Positions 18,303 through 27,842 of a stretch of 59,733 nt of DNA are shown here, piece by piece. The translations under genes and the position numbers were made by a program. Origin of the DNA: Clostridiales bacterium (GTDB lineage Bacteria > Bacillota > Clostridia > Christensenellales > Aristaeellaceae). A model generated the notes under the pieces. That model made no database searches and had not been told where the DNA came from. It worked only from the letters and a program-made list of their open reading frames with translations. How positions within the stretch are numbered: the first letter of the stretch is position 1; the number at the start of each line of letters is the position of its first letter. Location of the stretch: assembly GCA_004552515.1 (NCBI GenBank), contig SFOF01000002.1, positions 1 through 59,733 of the forward strand, in the 5' to 3' direction.

Positions 18303-19199
18303 ATGGCGCTGATATTCAACATCCAGCGATTTTCGGTCAACGACGGCCCGGGTATCCGCACGAACGTGTTCTTCAAGGGCTGTCCGCTCAACTGCCTGTG
18401 GTGTCACAATCCCGAATCGAAATCGACAAAGCCCGATCTGGGATTCATCGCCTCAAAGTGCATCGGCTGCGGCCATTGCCTGACGCAGTGTCCCGGACAC
18501 TGCCACACGATGGAAAACGGCGAACACGTCATCGACCGCTCGAAGTGCCTGGCCTGCCGCGCCTGCGAGCGCTTCTGCGCCGGCGCGCTGGAGATCATGG
18601 GGCGCGAAATGACCGTGGACGAGGTGCTGGGCGAGGTCATGAAGGACGAAATCTTCTATAAAACCTCGAACGGCGGCATGACCGTCTCCGGCGGCGAGCC
18701 GATGATCCAGTTTCCGTTTATCACAGAGCTGCTGCGCGCGGCGAAGGAAAAGGGACTGACCTGCTGTATGGAAACCTGCGGCTTTGCGGCCTGGGCGCGC
18801 TTTGAGGAGATCATGCCCTATGTCGATCTGTTCCTCTACGACATAAAGGAAACCGATCCCGCGCGGCACAGGGAATACACCGGCGCGGACAACGCGCTCA
18901 TCCTCGAAAATCTGAGGAAGCTGGACGGCGCGGGCGCGAAAACCGTGCTGCGCTGCCCGATCATTCCGGGGCTGAACGACCGCGCCGATCACTTCGCCGC
19001 CGTCGCGCATCTGGCCGATTCGCTCAAAAACGTGCAGGGGATCGACGTGGAGCCGTATCACCCGCTGGGCAAGACGAAATGCGAAAACCTTGGCCGCGAT
19101 TATCCGCTCGCCGATCTGTCCTTCCCAGACAAGGCGCAGATTCAGGCGTGGATCGGCGAGATCGCCGCGCAGACCCGCGTGCCCGTGCGGCAGGGCTGA
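18303..19199 (+). CDS. Glycyl-radical enzyme activating protein (radical SAM with two auxiliary 4Fe-4S motifs)
   Basis: It carries FSVNDGPGIRTNVFFKGCPLNCLWCHNPE plus CIGCGHCLTQCP and CLACRACERFC. I chose the second ATG (18303) for its RBS spacing. Confidence 0.9.
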   Translation: MALIFNIQRFSVNDGPGIRTNVFFKGCPLNCLWCHNPESKSTKPDLGFIASKCIGCGHCLTQCPGHCHTMENGEHVIDRSKCLACRACERFCAGALEIMGREMTVDEVLGEVMKDEIFYKTSNGGMTVSGGEPMIQFPFITELLRAAKEKGLTCCMETCGFAAWARFEEIMPYVDLFLYDIKETDPARHREYTGADNALILENLRKLDGAGAKTVLRCPIIPGLNDRADHFAAVAHLADSLKNVQGIDVEPYHPLGKTKCENLGRDYPLADLSFPDKAQIQAWIGEIAAQTRVPVRQG

Positions 19200-19347
19200 A
19201 TGTCAGGGGACGTTTTCAAGCGCGAATAGTCCGACGGCAGGCCTGACGAAAGCGGATCGGAGTGCCGAAGAAATGTCCCGCCGCGCCGCGGTGTTTCGTA
19301 AAAATGGGCTGAGCGCGCATTTTCGAGAATACAGGAGGAGGCTCACC

Positions 19348-20535
19348 ATGGATTATCTGTTCATCAACGCGCGCGTTTTGACGCCGTTTGCGTTCAGGGA
19401 CGCGGCGGTGCTGGTGCGCGGCGGCCGCATTGAGGAGATCGCCGGGCACATCGAGCCGGCTGAGAACACGCGCGTGATCGACGCGGGCGGGCGGCTGCTC
19501 GTGCCGGGCTATGTCGATCTGCACGTCCACGGCGGCGGCGGGCGCAGCGTCATGGAGGGCACGAGCGAGGCGATCTGCGCCATGGCGCGCGCCCATGCGC
19601 TGCGCGGCACCACGTCGATCCTGCCCACGACCCTGAGCATGCCCCTGCCCGCCATGATCCGCGCGGGGCGAGCCGTGACCGAGGCCATGGCCGAAGAGCA
19701 TCCCTACACCATACTGGGCGTACATCAGGAGGGGCCGTGTCTTTCCCCGGCGCAGGGCGGCGCGCAGTCCACGGACGCGCTGCTCGTTCCCGCAAGGGCC
19801 GATCTGACCGCGCTCATCGAGGATTGCCCCGCGCTCAGGATGATGGGCGTCGCGCCCGAGCTGGACGGCGCGATGGCGCTGGGACGGCGGCTGAACGAGC
19901 GCGGGATCGTCGCCAGCGCGGCGCACACCGACGCGGACTACGACACCATGGCGCGCGCCGTGATGAACGGCTTTTCCGACGTGACGCATCTCTATTCCGG
20001 CTGCTCGAGCGTCGTGCGGCGCAACGCCTTCCGCGTGGCGGGCGTGGTCGAGGCCGGGCTGGAGATGAGCGCGCTGACCGTGCAGGTGATCGCCGACGGC
20101 TGTCATCTGCCGCTGCCGCTGCTGCGGCTGATCTATCGCTGCAAGGGCGCGGACAGGATGTACGCCGTGACCGACGGCCTTGAGTTTTCCGCCGCTGAAC
20201 AGAAGGAGGGCGCGCTCTATACGCAGTTAAACGGCCAGCCCTGCCTGTACGAGGACGGAGTGATGAAGCTGCCCGACCGCCATGCCTTCGCCGGCAGCGT
20301 CGCCACGATGAGCCGGCTGGTGCGCACGCTGGTTCGCGCGGGGATTCCGCTTGCCGACGCTGTGCGCATGGCCACCGACACGCCGGCGCAGCGCATCGGC
20401 GCAAGGGGCAAGGGGCGCATCGCCGCGGGCAGCGACGCGGATATACTGCTGCTGGACGACAGCCTGCACGTCACGCTGGTCATGGCGGGCGGCGAAATCC
20501 TTACCGAGCAGGCCGAGGAAAAGGACGTGCTGTGA
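19348..20535 (+). CDS. nagA: N-acetylglucosamine-6-phosphate deacetylase
   Basis: Motifs are GYVDLHVHGGGG and HLYSGCS, with a C-terminal GRIAAGSDADILLLD. The start is ATG 19348 with AGGAGGAG upstream. The longer ORF from 19090 overlaps the activase gene. Confidence 0.85.
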   Translation: MDYLFINARVLTPFAFRDAAVLVRGGRIEEIAGHIEPAENTRVIDAGGRLLVPGYVDLHVHGGGGRSVMEGTSEAICAMARAHALRGTTSILPTTLSMPLPAMIRAGRAVTEAMAEEHPYTILGVHQEGPCLSPAQGGAQSTDALLVPARADLTALIEDCPALRMMGVAPELDGAMALGRRLNERGIVASAAHTDADYDTMARAVMNGFSDVTHLYSGCSSVVRRNAFRVAGVVEAGLEMSALTVQVIADGCHLPLPLLRLIYRCKGADRMYAVTDGLEFSAAEQKEGALYTQLNGQPCLYEDGVMKLPDRHAFAGSVATMSRLVRTLVRAGIPLADAVRMATDTPAQRIGARGKGRIAAGSDADILLLDDSLHVTLVMAGGEILTEQAEEKDVL

Positions 20536-20771
20536 GGGAACGGAGCGATGGCGCGAGAGTCCGCAGAGCATGGGTGATTCAGGCGGAGGATTTGGTGGAA
20601 GCGGCGGCTTTTGAGCGGGCCGAGCCTGACAAAATGGCCGATGAGCGATCTTGCGAAGCGCCGGTTCGGCGGGGCGGAATCGGGATTGCGTACTGGAGGC
20701 GCGAACAGGAGCTTTGATTGTTCCTTTTCCGCGCAGAAGGCGCACTTTTCCGTCGAAATCGCTCATATGGC

Positions 20772-20800
20772 TTGACGTTTGCCCTGCGTCTTTTTATACT
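20772..20800 (+). promoter_or_regulatory. Sigma-A type promoter, TTGACG-N17-TATACT, for the cupin-to-GH29 operon
   Basis: ttgacg lies at 20772-20777 and tatact at 20795-20800, 45 nt before ATG 20845. Confidence 0.55.
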
Positions 20801-20844
20801 CTTTCTGTATGCGGCTCAAAGCGCCGCGCCGAAAGGAGAAGATC

Positions 20845-21193
20845 CATGTCCAAGCGCTATGAAATCGCGTCTCTGCCGGAGATTCCGCCGGTGGAATGTC
20901 CCTGCGGCTTTACGCACCGCGCCTTTACCGATCTGCCCGAAAAAACGGCCTCCATCCATCTTGTGGACATCAAAAAGGACTCCCGCGTTCACTATCACGA
21001 GCGTCTGAGCGAAATCTATTTCATCCTCGAGGGCGAGGGCTATATGGAGCTGGACGGCGAGCGCATCCCCGTCAGGCCCATGGACGCGATCTTTATCCGG
21101 CCGCTGTGCCGCCACCGCGCCGTGGGGCGCATGAAGGTGGTCAACGTGCCCATTCCCTCGTTTGATCCGACCGATGAACATTTCGACGACTGA
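20845..21193 (+). CDS. Cupin domain protein
   Basis: The 116-aa product has a cupin core (HYHERLSEIYFILEGEGYMELDGERIPVRPMDAIFIRP). The RBS aaaggaga lies upstream. Confidence 0.6.
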
Positions 21194-21213
21194 TAATCAG
21201 GGGGGTAACGACG

Positions 21214-22647
21214 ATGATACTGACGCTTGTCGGCGGCGGCGCGCACCGCCTGCTGGGCACTGTGAGAAGCGCCCTGAAGGAAAACGTCTTTGCCGGGGGC
21301 GGCGAGATCCGCCTGTACGATCTGGCGAAGCGCCGCGCCCAGGCCATGGCCGCCATGATCAAAAAAAGCCCCGAATATGCCCGCACGCCGGTGACGGTGA
21401 AGTGGGATCTGACGCTCGAGGAGGCGCTGGACGGCGCGGATCTGGTCAGCGTCACGCTGCTGGCCGGCGGCGCGCGTCCGCTGGCGGTCGAGAGCAGCAT
21501 CGCCGCGTCGCACGGCTTTGTCGGCTCGGACAACATCTCCTATCCCGGCGCGTTTTTAGCGCTGCGCGGACTTCCGATCATACTGAACATCGCCCGCGCC
21601 ATGGAAAAATACTGCCCGAACGCCGTGCTGCTCGATTTCGCCAATCCCGTCGCCGTGCTGACCGCCGCCGTGCGCATGACCACGAAGATCCAGTGCTACG
21701 GCATCTGCGCGGGGCACACCAACCACGGCTGGGACTACAACCGCATCCTCACCGGCCGCGACGCGTACGACCCGGACTACGATCTGCTGGTGGCCGGCGT
21801 GAACCACATGAGCTGGGTGGTGAAGGGCACGATCCACGGCACGGACGTGGTCGAGGCGCTTCTCCGCCGCGAAAGGGAATGTCCCGACTGGGCGGACAGG
21901 CTGGCCTATACCGCTGAAAAAACGCCTGAGCAGAAGCGCTACATGACCGCGGGGCTTCACCGCATCATGGATCTCATCCACAATCACGGCGCGCTGCTCT
22001 TCTCCACCGAGGGCGACGGCTTTTCGCATTTCTACTATGAGGAAAAGGCCGCCGCACAGCACGCCTGCCCCAGGGCCGACTGGCCGGAGCTGCTGCCTGC
22101 CGCCGAGCTGGCGCGCCTTGAAAAGAGCCTGGCCGCGCAGGCCGAAGCGCGCCGCGCCGAGGATGCTCAGTTCGATGCATACGCCGCCATGCCCGCCGAT
22201 GAGATTCCCTGGAATGACCCGCTCAACACGCTGTTTTACGTCTTTGACGGCGGCGACGTGACCACGCAGGTACTCAAGGGCCTTGCCGGCGTTCAGGACT
22301 GCACCGTCGCCATCAGCGATCTCAACGAGGGCAGCGTGACCAATCTCGATCCCGCGCTGGTGCTGGAATACTCCCACCGCGTGGATAAGCACGGCGCGCA
22401 CCGCATCGGTGGCCTTCAGGTGCCGATGGGCGTGTACGGCATGACCGCCTCCATCGCCGCGCATCAGACGCTGCTGGCGCGCGCGGGCGCTGAGGAAGAC
22501 CCGCGGCTTTTGTATGAAGCGCTGAGGGCCTATCCCATCGGCGCGGACACGCGGAGCGCGCACGAGATGTGGCGCAAGCTGCTGATTTCCTCGAAGGACT
22601 TTATCGCGCCCGCCTTCCAGTCCATGCCCGATTATTACGAAATCTGA
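21214..22647 (+). CDS. Glycoside hydrolase family 4-like (NAD-dependent) enzyme
   Basis: It has an N-terminal Rossmann segment (MILTLVGGGAHRLLG) and mid-protein YGICAGHTNHG. It looks divergent from textbook GH4. Confidence 0.55.
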   Translation: MILTLVGGGAHRLLGTVRSALKENVFAGGGEIRLYDLAKRRAQAMAAMIKKSPEYARTPVTVKWDLTLEEALDGADLVSVTLLAGGARPLAVESSIAASHGFVGSDNISYPGAFLALRGLPIILNIARAMEKYCPNAVLLDFANPVAVLTAAVRMTTKIQCYGICAGHTNHGWDYNRILTGRDAYDPDYDLLVAGVNHMSWVVKGTIHGTDVVEALLRRERECPDWADRLAYTAEKTPEQKRYMTAGLHRIMDLIHNHGALLFSTEGDGFSHFYYEEKAAAQHACPRADWPELLPAAELARLEKSLAAQAEARRAEDAQFDAYAAMPADEIPWNDPLNTLFYVFDGGDVTTQVLKGLAGVQDCTVAISDLNEGSVTNLDPALVLEYSHRVDKHGAHRIGGLQVPMGVYGMTASIAAHQTLLARAGAEEDPRLLYEALRAYPIGADTRSAHEMWRKLLISSKDFIAPAFQSMPDYYEI

Positions 22648-22665
22648 TCTGCCAGGAGGATTGCC

Positions 22666-25434
22666 ATGAGATATGTTCAGAACGAATCCGAAATTCTGTG
22701 CCTGAACCACGGCTGGCGCTTTATCGAGAAGGACTTCTCCGTCCTGCCGCCGGAGGCGAGCATCAAGCACGACGCGATCTACCGCTACGCCAAGGCGGGC
22801 GCGCAGCTTGGCCCGGCCAGCGCCGACTTTGACGACGGCGACTGGAGCGAAGTCTCCCTGCCGCACGACTGGGTGCCCTTTAAGGACTTTACGCCCGACG
22901 CTTATCCCAACCACGGCTACAAAAGGCGCGGCATCGGCTGGTACCGCGTCAAGTTCCAGCTGCCCGAGAGCGATAAGGAGCGCCAGATTCTTCTCGACTT
23001 TGAGGGCATGAGCTGCGACGCGCAGATCTACTTTAATGGCCAGCTGCTCTACAGAAATTTCAGCGGTTACAAGAGCTTTACCGTCGATCTGACCGACATG
23101 GCCAACTTCGGCGATGTGCCCAACGTGCTGGCCGTGCGCGTGGACGCCTCCGCCTGGGAGGGCTGGTGGTACGAGGGCGCGGGCATCTATCGCAGCGTCT
23201 GGCTGCACAAGAAGGCCGCCGCGCACATCGCGCACAACGGCATCTGGGCCAAGCCGGTCTTTAAGGAAGGCCGCTGGACGGTCGAAGTCGAGACGACCGT
23301 CGAAAACAGCTTTGAATACGACCGTGATTTCACGCTCGAAACCGCGCTCTACGACCCCTCCGGCCGCCTGTGCGGCACGATCGCTCAGGCCGGTTCGGTC
23401 AAGGGCTATGACAGCGCCGTCATGAAGGGCGAAATTCCCGTCGAAAAGCCCGAGCTGTGGTCGATCGATACGCCGAACCTCTACCGCGTCAAGGCGCGCG
23501 TGAGCGGCGATTTCGGCGAGCATTTCCAGTGCGTGGAGACGGGCCTGCGCACGATCCGCTACGACGCGGACGAGGGCTTCTTCCTCAACGGCGAAAACGT
23601 CAAGATGCGCGGCTTCTGCAACCATCAGGATCACGCCGGCGTGGGCGCGGCCGTGCCCTACGCCATCAAGGAATACCGCATCGCGCTGCTCAAAAAGCTG
23701 GGCGCGAACGCCTATCGCTGCGCGCACAACACCGATCCCGAGATTCTCGAGATCTGCGACCGGCAGGGCATGCTGGTGATGGAGGAAAACCGCACGTTCT
23801 CCTCCGCCGAGGAAAATCTTCTGCGCCTGGAGAGCATGATCAAAAACAGCCGCAATCACCCCAGCGTGGTGATGTACTCCATGTTTAACGAGGAGCCGCT
23901 TCAGGGCACGCGCAAGGGCCATCGCATGGCCGGACGGATGCAGGCGCTCGTCCACCGGCTGGACGACAGCCGTCCCTGCACCGGCGCGTTCAACGGCGGC
24001 CAGATGGAGGACGAGGGCGCGGCCACGATCCTCGACATCGTGGGCATCAACTATAACCCCGCCTCCTACGACGCGTTCCACGCCAAATTCCCGAACAAGC
24101 CCGTGTTCGGCTCGGAGACGGCCAGCGCGTTCATGGTGCGCGGCGAGTGGGAAGAGGATCGCGAGAACCGCCACATCATTCCCAACTACGACGAGACCTG
24201 CGCGCCCTGGGGCAACACCATCCACGACACCTGGGAGAGCGTCGATACGCGGCCGTTCAACTTCGGCTCCTTCGTGTGGACGGGCTTCGACTATCGCGGC
24301 GAGCCGACGCCCTTCACCTGGCCGAGCGTGGCCACGTTCTTCGGCACCTACGACAGCTGCGGCTTCGAAAAGGACGGCTGCTTCCTCTACAAGGCGTACT
24401 GGCACAAAGAGCCGGTGCTGCACCTGCTGCCGCACTGGAACCTCGGCCTTGAAAAGGGAACGCCGGTGCGCGTGATGGCCTTCACCAACTGCGACGAGGT
24501 GGAGCTGTTCCTGAACGGCAGGAGCCTGGGCCGCAAGGCGTGCGGCAAATACAGGCCGACCGAATTCACAGTGCCCTATGAAGAGGGCAAACTGAGCGCC
24601 GTGGGCTACAGAGACGGCGCCGAGGTCGTCCGCGACGCGGAAGAGACGGCCGGCGATACGGCGCAGCTGCGCGTCGAGCTGAGCAAGACCGCGCTCAAAA
24701 ACGACGGGCTGGACGCGCTGGCGGTCAATGTGCGCGCCTATGACGAGAAGGGGCGCTTCGTGCCGACGGCGGACGATCTCATTCACTTCGACGTGACCGG
24801 CGGCGCAAAGCTCATCGGCGTGGGCAACGGCGATCCCAACTCGCACGAGGACGACGTCGCGCCCTATCGCCATCTCTACAACGGCTGCGCGCAGGCGATC
24901 CTGCTGAATGACGGCGACGAGGACGTTCACATCACCGTGCATACCGAAAAGGCCGCGCCGGTCGAGCTGACGATTCCCGTCGTGAAGGGCGAGAACGTGC
25001 CCTATGTGAAGGCCGTGCGCGAGAACGCCCTCGAAAACTGGACGATGTTCCACCGCCTGTTCGACGCAATGCCCGATCCCAATCCGGCCGTTGCGGACAA
25101 CGACATGAACTCCTTCGAGCCGGTGGCGATCAACGGCATGGCGCAGCCGCAGTTTAAGGGCCGCTACGATACCTACGGGCTGTACCGCGTATCGGTCAAT
25201 CTGGGCGCGGCGCGCGGCGGACGATCGATCTATTTCGGCAGGATCTGGGGCGAGGCATCCGTCTATCTGGACGGCAAAAAGCTGGCCGAACGGCCGAACG
25301 ACGGGCCGGAATTCCTGAACGCCGCGCTGCCGGACGACGCGGCGGGCGCGCACATACTGACCGTGGTCATCCACAATGTGGACGAGAAATGGTCGAACGC
25401 CGGCATACTGGGCGCGGTGTCGCTCAGGGGCTGA
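22666..25434 (+). CDS. Glycoside hydrolase family 2 (beta-galactosidase/beta-glucuronidase-like)
   Basis: The 922-aa product carries WYRVKF, NAYRCAHN and the acid/base region NHPSVVMYSMFNEE. Confidence 0.85.
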   Translation: MRYVQNESEILCLNHGWRFIEKDFSVLPPEASIKHDAIYRYAKAGAQLGPASADFDDGDWSEVSLPHDWVPFKDFTPDAYPNHGYKRRGIGWYRVKFQLPESDKERQILLDFEGMSCDAQIYFNGQLLYRNFSGYKSFTVDLTDMANFGDVPNVLAVRVDASAWEGWWYEGAGIYRSVWLHKKAAAHIAHNGIWAKPVFKEGRWTVEVETTVENSFEYDRDFTLETALYDPSGRLCGTIAQAGSVKGYDSAVMKGEIPVEKPELWSIDTPNLYRVKARVSGDFGEHFQCVETGLRTIRYDADEGFFLNGENVKMRGFCNHQDHAGVGAAVPYAIKEYRIALLKKLGANAYRCAHNTDPEILEICDRQGMLVMEENRTFSSAEENLLRLESMIKNSRNHPSVVMYSMFNEEPLQGTRKGHRMAGRMQALVHRLDDSRPCTGAFNGGQMEDEGAATILDIVGINYNPASYDAFHAKFPNKPVFGSETASAFMVRGEWEEDRENRHIIPNYDETCAPWGNTIHDTWESVDTRPFNFGSFVWTGFDYRGEPTPFTWPSVATFFGTYDSCGFEKDGCFLYKAYWHKEPVLHLLPHWNLGLEKGTPVRVMAFTNCDEVELFLNGRSLGRKACGKYRPTEFTVPYEEGKLSAVGYRDGAEVVRDAEETAGDTAQLRVELSKTALKNDGLDALAVNVRAYDEKGRFVPTADDLIHFDVTGGAKLIGVGNGDPNSHEDDVAPYRHLYNGCAQAILLNDGDEDVHITVHTEKAAPVELTIPVVKGENVPYVKAVRENALENWTMFHRLFDAMPDPNPAVADNDMNSFEPVAINGMAQPQFKGRYDTYGLYRVSVNLGAARGGRSIYFGRIWGEASVYLDGKKLAERPNDGPEFLNAALPDDAAGAHILTVVIHNVDEKWSNAGILGAVSLRG

Positions 25435-25468
25435 CATAAAGACACAGCGAAGAAGGAGGACTTCCATT

Positions 25469-26338
25469 ATGAAAAATGGACTGGCCATATGGCACTATCC
25501 CCATCGGACGCTGACCGAAAACGTCGTTCACTTTTCCGAGATGCTGGACAGCGTGAGCGTGCTGGGCTTTCACTTTGTGGACGCGTGCCGGCAGGACGGC
25601 GGTGCGGCGCTCTATGAGGCGCTGTGCGAAAAGCATCCCGTGTTTACCGTACACCACAAGCTGCCCTCCACGCACGAGGAAAAGGACGTGGCCGCCTTTA
25701 ACGAGGACATTGCGCTGTGCGCGCGCTGGCAGAAGCGCTACGGCCTGCTCGCCACGCTGTCCTTCGATGTGCCGCAGGCCATTCGCGACGGCATCTATCC
25801 CTATCTCAAGACCGTTCTGGACGCGTTCGCGGGCGAAAAGACGCGTATCGCCGTCGAAGATTTCGGCCTGACTGAGGAGGAGATGCGCCAGCTCGATCCG
25901 CTCAGGGGCAATCCTCAGTTCGGCTTTCTGCTGGACATCGGCCATCTGACAATGCGCCTGCATGACAGCCACTGGAGCCCGAAGAAGCGGCTGTTCAACT
26001 TCTCGCGCTACGAGTGCCCCTCCCGCGAGCTGGGCACGCCGGTCACGCGCGCGGATTATCGCGAGACCATCGTGAACAAGCCCTTCCCCATCGTCGAAAT
26101 CCATATGCACACCAACGACGGCGTGCGCGATATGCACTGGTTTCTGGACAATCCCGAGGGCGTTGTGGACTCTCAGATGATCGCCGACCTGCTCACCGAG
26201 CTTCATTACGACGACGTGCTGACCATCGAGAGCGCGCCCGGCTTCATGTTCCCCTGCGCGGGCAGGGAGGCCGACGAGGGCATCGAGCGCACCATCGCAA
26301 TCTGGAAAAGCTGCCTTGAAAGGGCGCAGCGGCAATAA
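25469..26338 (+). CDS. Sugar phosphate isomerase/epimerase-like (xylose-isomerase-like TIM barrel)
   Basis: It contains LLDIGHLTMRL and IVEIHMHTNDG. The start is ATG 25469 with aaggagga upstream. Confidence 0.55.
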   Translation: MKNGLAIWHYPHRTLTENVVHFSEMLDSVSVLGFHFVDACRQDGGAALYEALCEKHPVFTVHHKLPSTHEEKDVAAFNEDIALCARWQKRYGLLATLSFDVPQAIRDGIYPYLKTVLDAFAGEKTRIAVEDFGLTEEEMRQLDPLRGNPQFGFLLDIGHLTMRLHDSHWSPKKRLFNFSRYECPSRELGTPVTRADYRETIVNKPFPIVEIHMHTNDGVRDMHWFLDNPEGVVDSQMIADLLTELHYDDVLTIESAPGFMFPCAGREADEGIERTIAIWKSCLERAQRQ

Positions 26339-26365
26339 TACGACATTCGCAAGGAGGAAAAAAAC

Positions 26366-27766
26366 ATGAATTTCAATCCCGCTTATCTCAATCTGTCCGC
26401 CATGCACGGCTGGGAAAAGTATTCGGCGAGCCTGCGCGGCGAGCTGCGCCAGTGCCTGGACGAGGGCAAGGACGTTGAGGGCTATCGCGAGCTGAGCGAG
26501 GCCATCGCCAATCTGCCTGACGGCGTGATCCGCGAGGAGCTGGCCAATGTGTTCTTCGAGGCCATGCAGTCTGCGCCCATGCGCGCCGACTATCCCTATG
26601 TCGAGCCGGACGCGCTGGACGCGATTCAGGCCGCCCGCCCCGAAAGCCGCCCCGCCCTGGGCGCGGTCAGCGCCGAGACGCTGAAGGATAAGATCCGCGG
26701 CGCGTGGCTGGGCCGCATCTGCGGCTGCCTGCTGGGCAAGCCGGTCGAGGGCATGCGCACGCCCGATATGCACGAGCTGCTCAAAAACAGCGGCAATTTC
26801 CCGCTGAAGCGCTACATGACCCTCGAGGACGTGAAGAAAACGCCGCGCCTGCTCGAGCGCTGGGAGAAGCGCACCTGGGCGGACTGCCTGGGCAAGGGCA
26901 ACAACTATTCCGGCTATCCGAACCACACGGACACCCCCTGCGCGCCCACCGACGACGACACCAACTACACCGTCATGGCCGCCTATGGCATCGTGGGCCG
27001 CTTTGGCCGCGATTTCACGCCCGATCAGGTGGCGGAGGCCTGGATGGATTGCCAGCCCAAGCGCGCCTATTGCACCGCCGAGCGCCGCGCCTTCCGCAAT
27101 TTCGTGATCGGCATCCGTCCGCCGCAGTCGGCGATGTACAAGAACCCCGACCGCGAGTTCATCGGCGCGCAGATTCGCGCCGACTACTTCGGCTACATCA
27201 ACCCCGGCGATCCGCAGACCGCCGCCGACATGGCCTGGCGCGACGCGTGCATCTCCCATGTGAAGAACGGCATCTACGGCGAGATGTTCGTCGCCGCCAT
27301 GATCGCCGCCGCGGCCGTGACCGGCGACGTGGTTGAGATCGTGAAGGCCGGCCTGGGCGAGATTCCGGCAAAGAGCCGCCTGACCGAGGCCGTCAGCAAC
27401 ATCCTTTCCGAGTATCAGAGCGGCGTGAGCGAGGACGCGTGCTTCGCCGGAATCGCCTCCCGCTGGGACGAGTTCAAGGGCTACGACTGGGTACACACCA
27501 TCTCCAACGCGGAGATCGTCGCCGCCTCGCTGCTCTACGGCCAGGGCGATTACGCCCATTCCATCTGCCGCGCGGTGCAGACCGGCTTCGATACCGATTG
27601 CAACGGCGCGACCGTCGGCTCTATCGTGGGCATGATGCGCGGCTCCTCCGCCGTCGGCGAGGAATGGACGGCTCCGATCCACGGGGCGCTGGCCACCTCG
27701 ATCTTCGGCATCGATCTGGTGACGATCGATCAGCTGGTGGACAAGACCATGGAGCATCTGGCGTAA
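26366..27766 (+). CDS. ADP-ribosylglycohydrolase family protein
   Basis: ARH motifs are IRGAWLGRICGCLLGKPVEG, PTDDDTNYTVMA and GFDTDCNGATVGSIVG. The RBS aaggagga lies upstream. Confidence 0.8.
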   Translation: MNFNPAYLNLSAMHGWEKYSASLRGELRQCLDEGKDVEGYRELSEAIANLPDGVIREELANVFFEAMQSAPMRADYPYVEPDALDAIQAARPESRPALGAVSAETLKDKIRGAWLGRICGCLLGKPVEGMRTPDMHELLKNSGNFPLKRYMTLEDVKKTPRLLERWEKRTWADCLGKGNNYSGYPNHTDTPCAPTDDDTNYTVMAAYGIVGRFGRDFTPDQVAEAWMDCQPKRAYCTAERRAFRNFVIGIRPPQSAMYKNPDREFIGAQIRADYFGYINPGDPQTAADMAWRDACISHVKNGIYGEMFVAAMIAAAAVTGDVVEIVKAGLGEIPAKSRLTEAVSNILSEYQSGVSEDACFAGIASRWDEFKGYDWVHTISNAEIVAASLLYGQGDYAHSICRAVQTGFDTDCNGATVGSIVGMMRGSSAVGEEWTAPIHGALATSIFGIDLVTIDQLVDKTMEHLA

Positions 27767-27842
27767 AACATCTGCTTTTCAGACCCGGCGCGGTTCATCC
27801 CTGCCGGGTCGTTTTTCAGCATTGCAAACGGAGGGTCACGAT

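Noticed and set aside
11539-19199. The GRE locus as a classical propanediol/choline utilisation microcompartment cluster.
   Set aside because: No BMC shell proteins, aldehyde dehydrogenase, phosphotransacylase or alcohol dehydrogenase genes are present in the window.
19090-19347. The extended NagA start (ORF 19090) overlapping the activase gene.
   Set aside because: ATG 19348 has a strong AGGAGGAG RBS and NagA homology begins there (MDYLFINARVL). The upstream part overlaps the activase 3' end in another frame.
21556-25488. A 1310-aa ORF antisense to the GH4/GH2 genes. Similar giant antisense or off-frame ORFs are 794..2167, 7743..10649, 25424..27757, 33823..35079, 39478..40860, 43603..44883, 46683..49181, 50956..54369 and 54534..56066.
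   Set aside because: Their composition is Arg/Ala/Gly/His-rich low complexity with no recognisable motifs or RBS. They exactly shadow well-supported genes on the other strand. This is the expected stop-codon depletion in antisense frames of GC3-biased DNA.
26366-27766. The ADP-ribosylglycohydrolase as half of a DarTG-like or ADP-ribosylation toxin-antitoxin/defence pair.
   Set aside because: There is no adjacent ADP-ribosyltransferase-like ORF. The gene is embedded with tight spacing in a glycoside-hydrolase operon.
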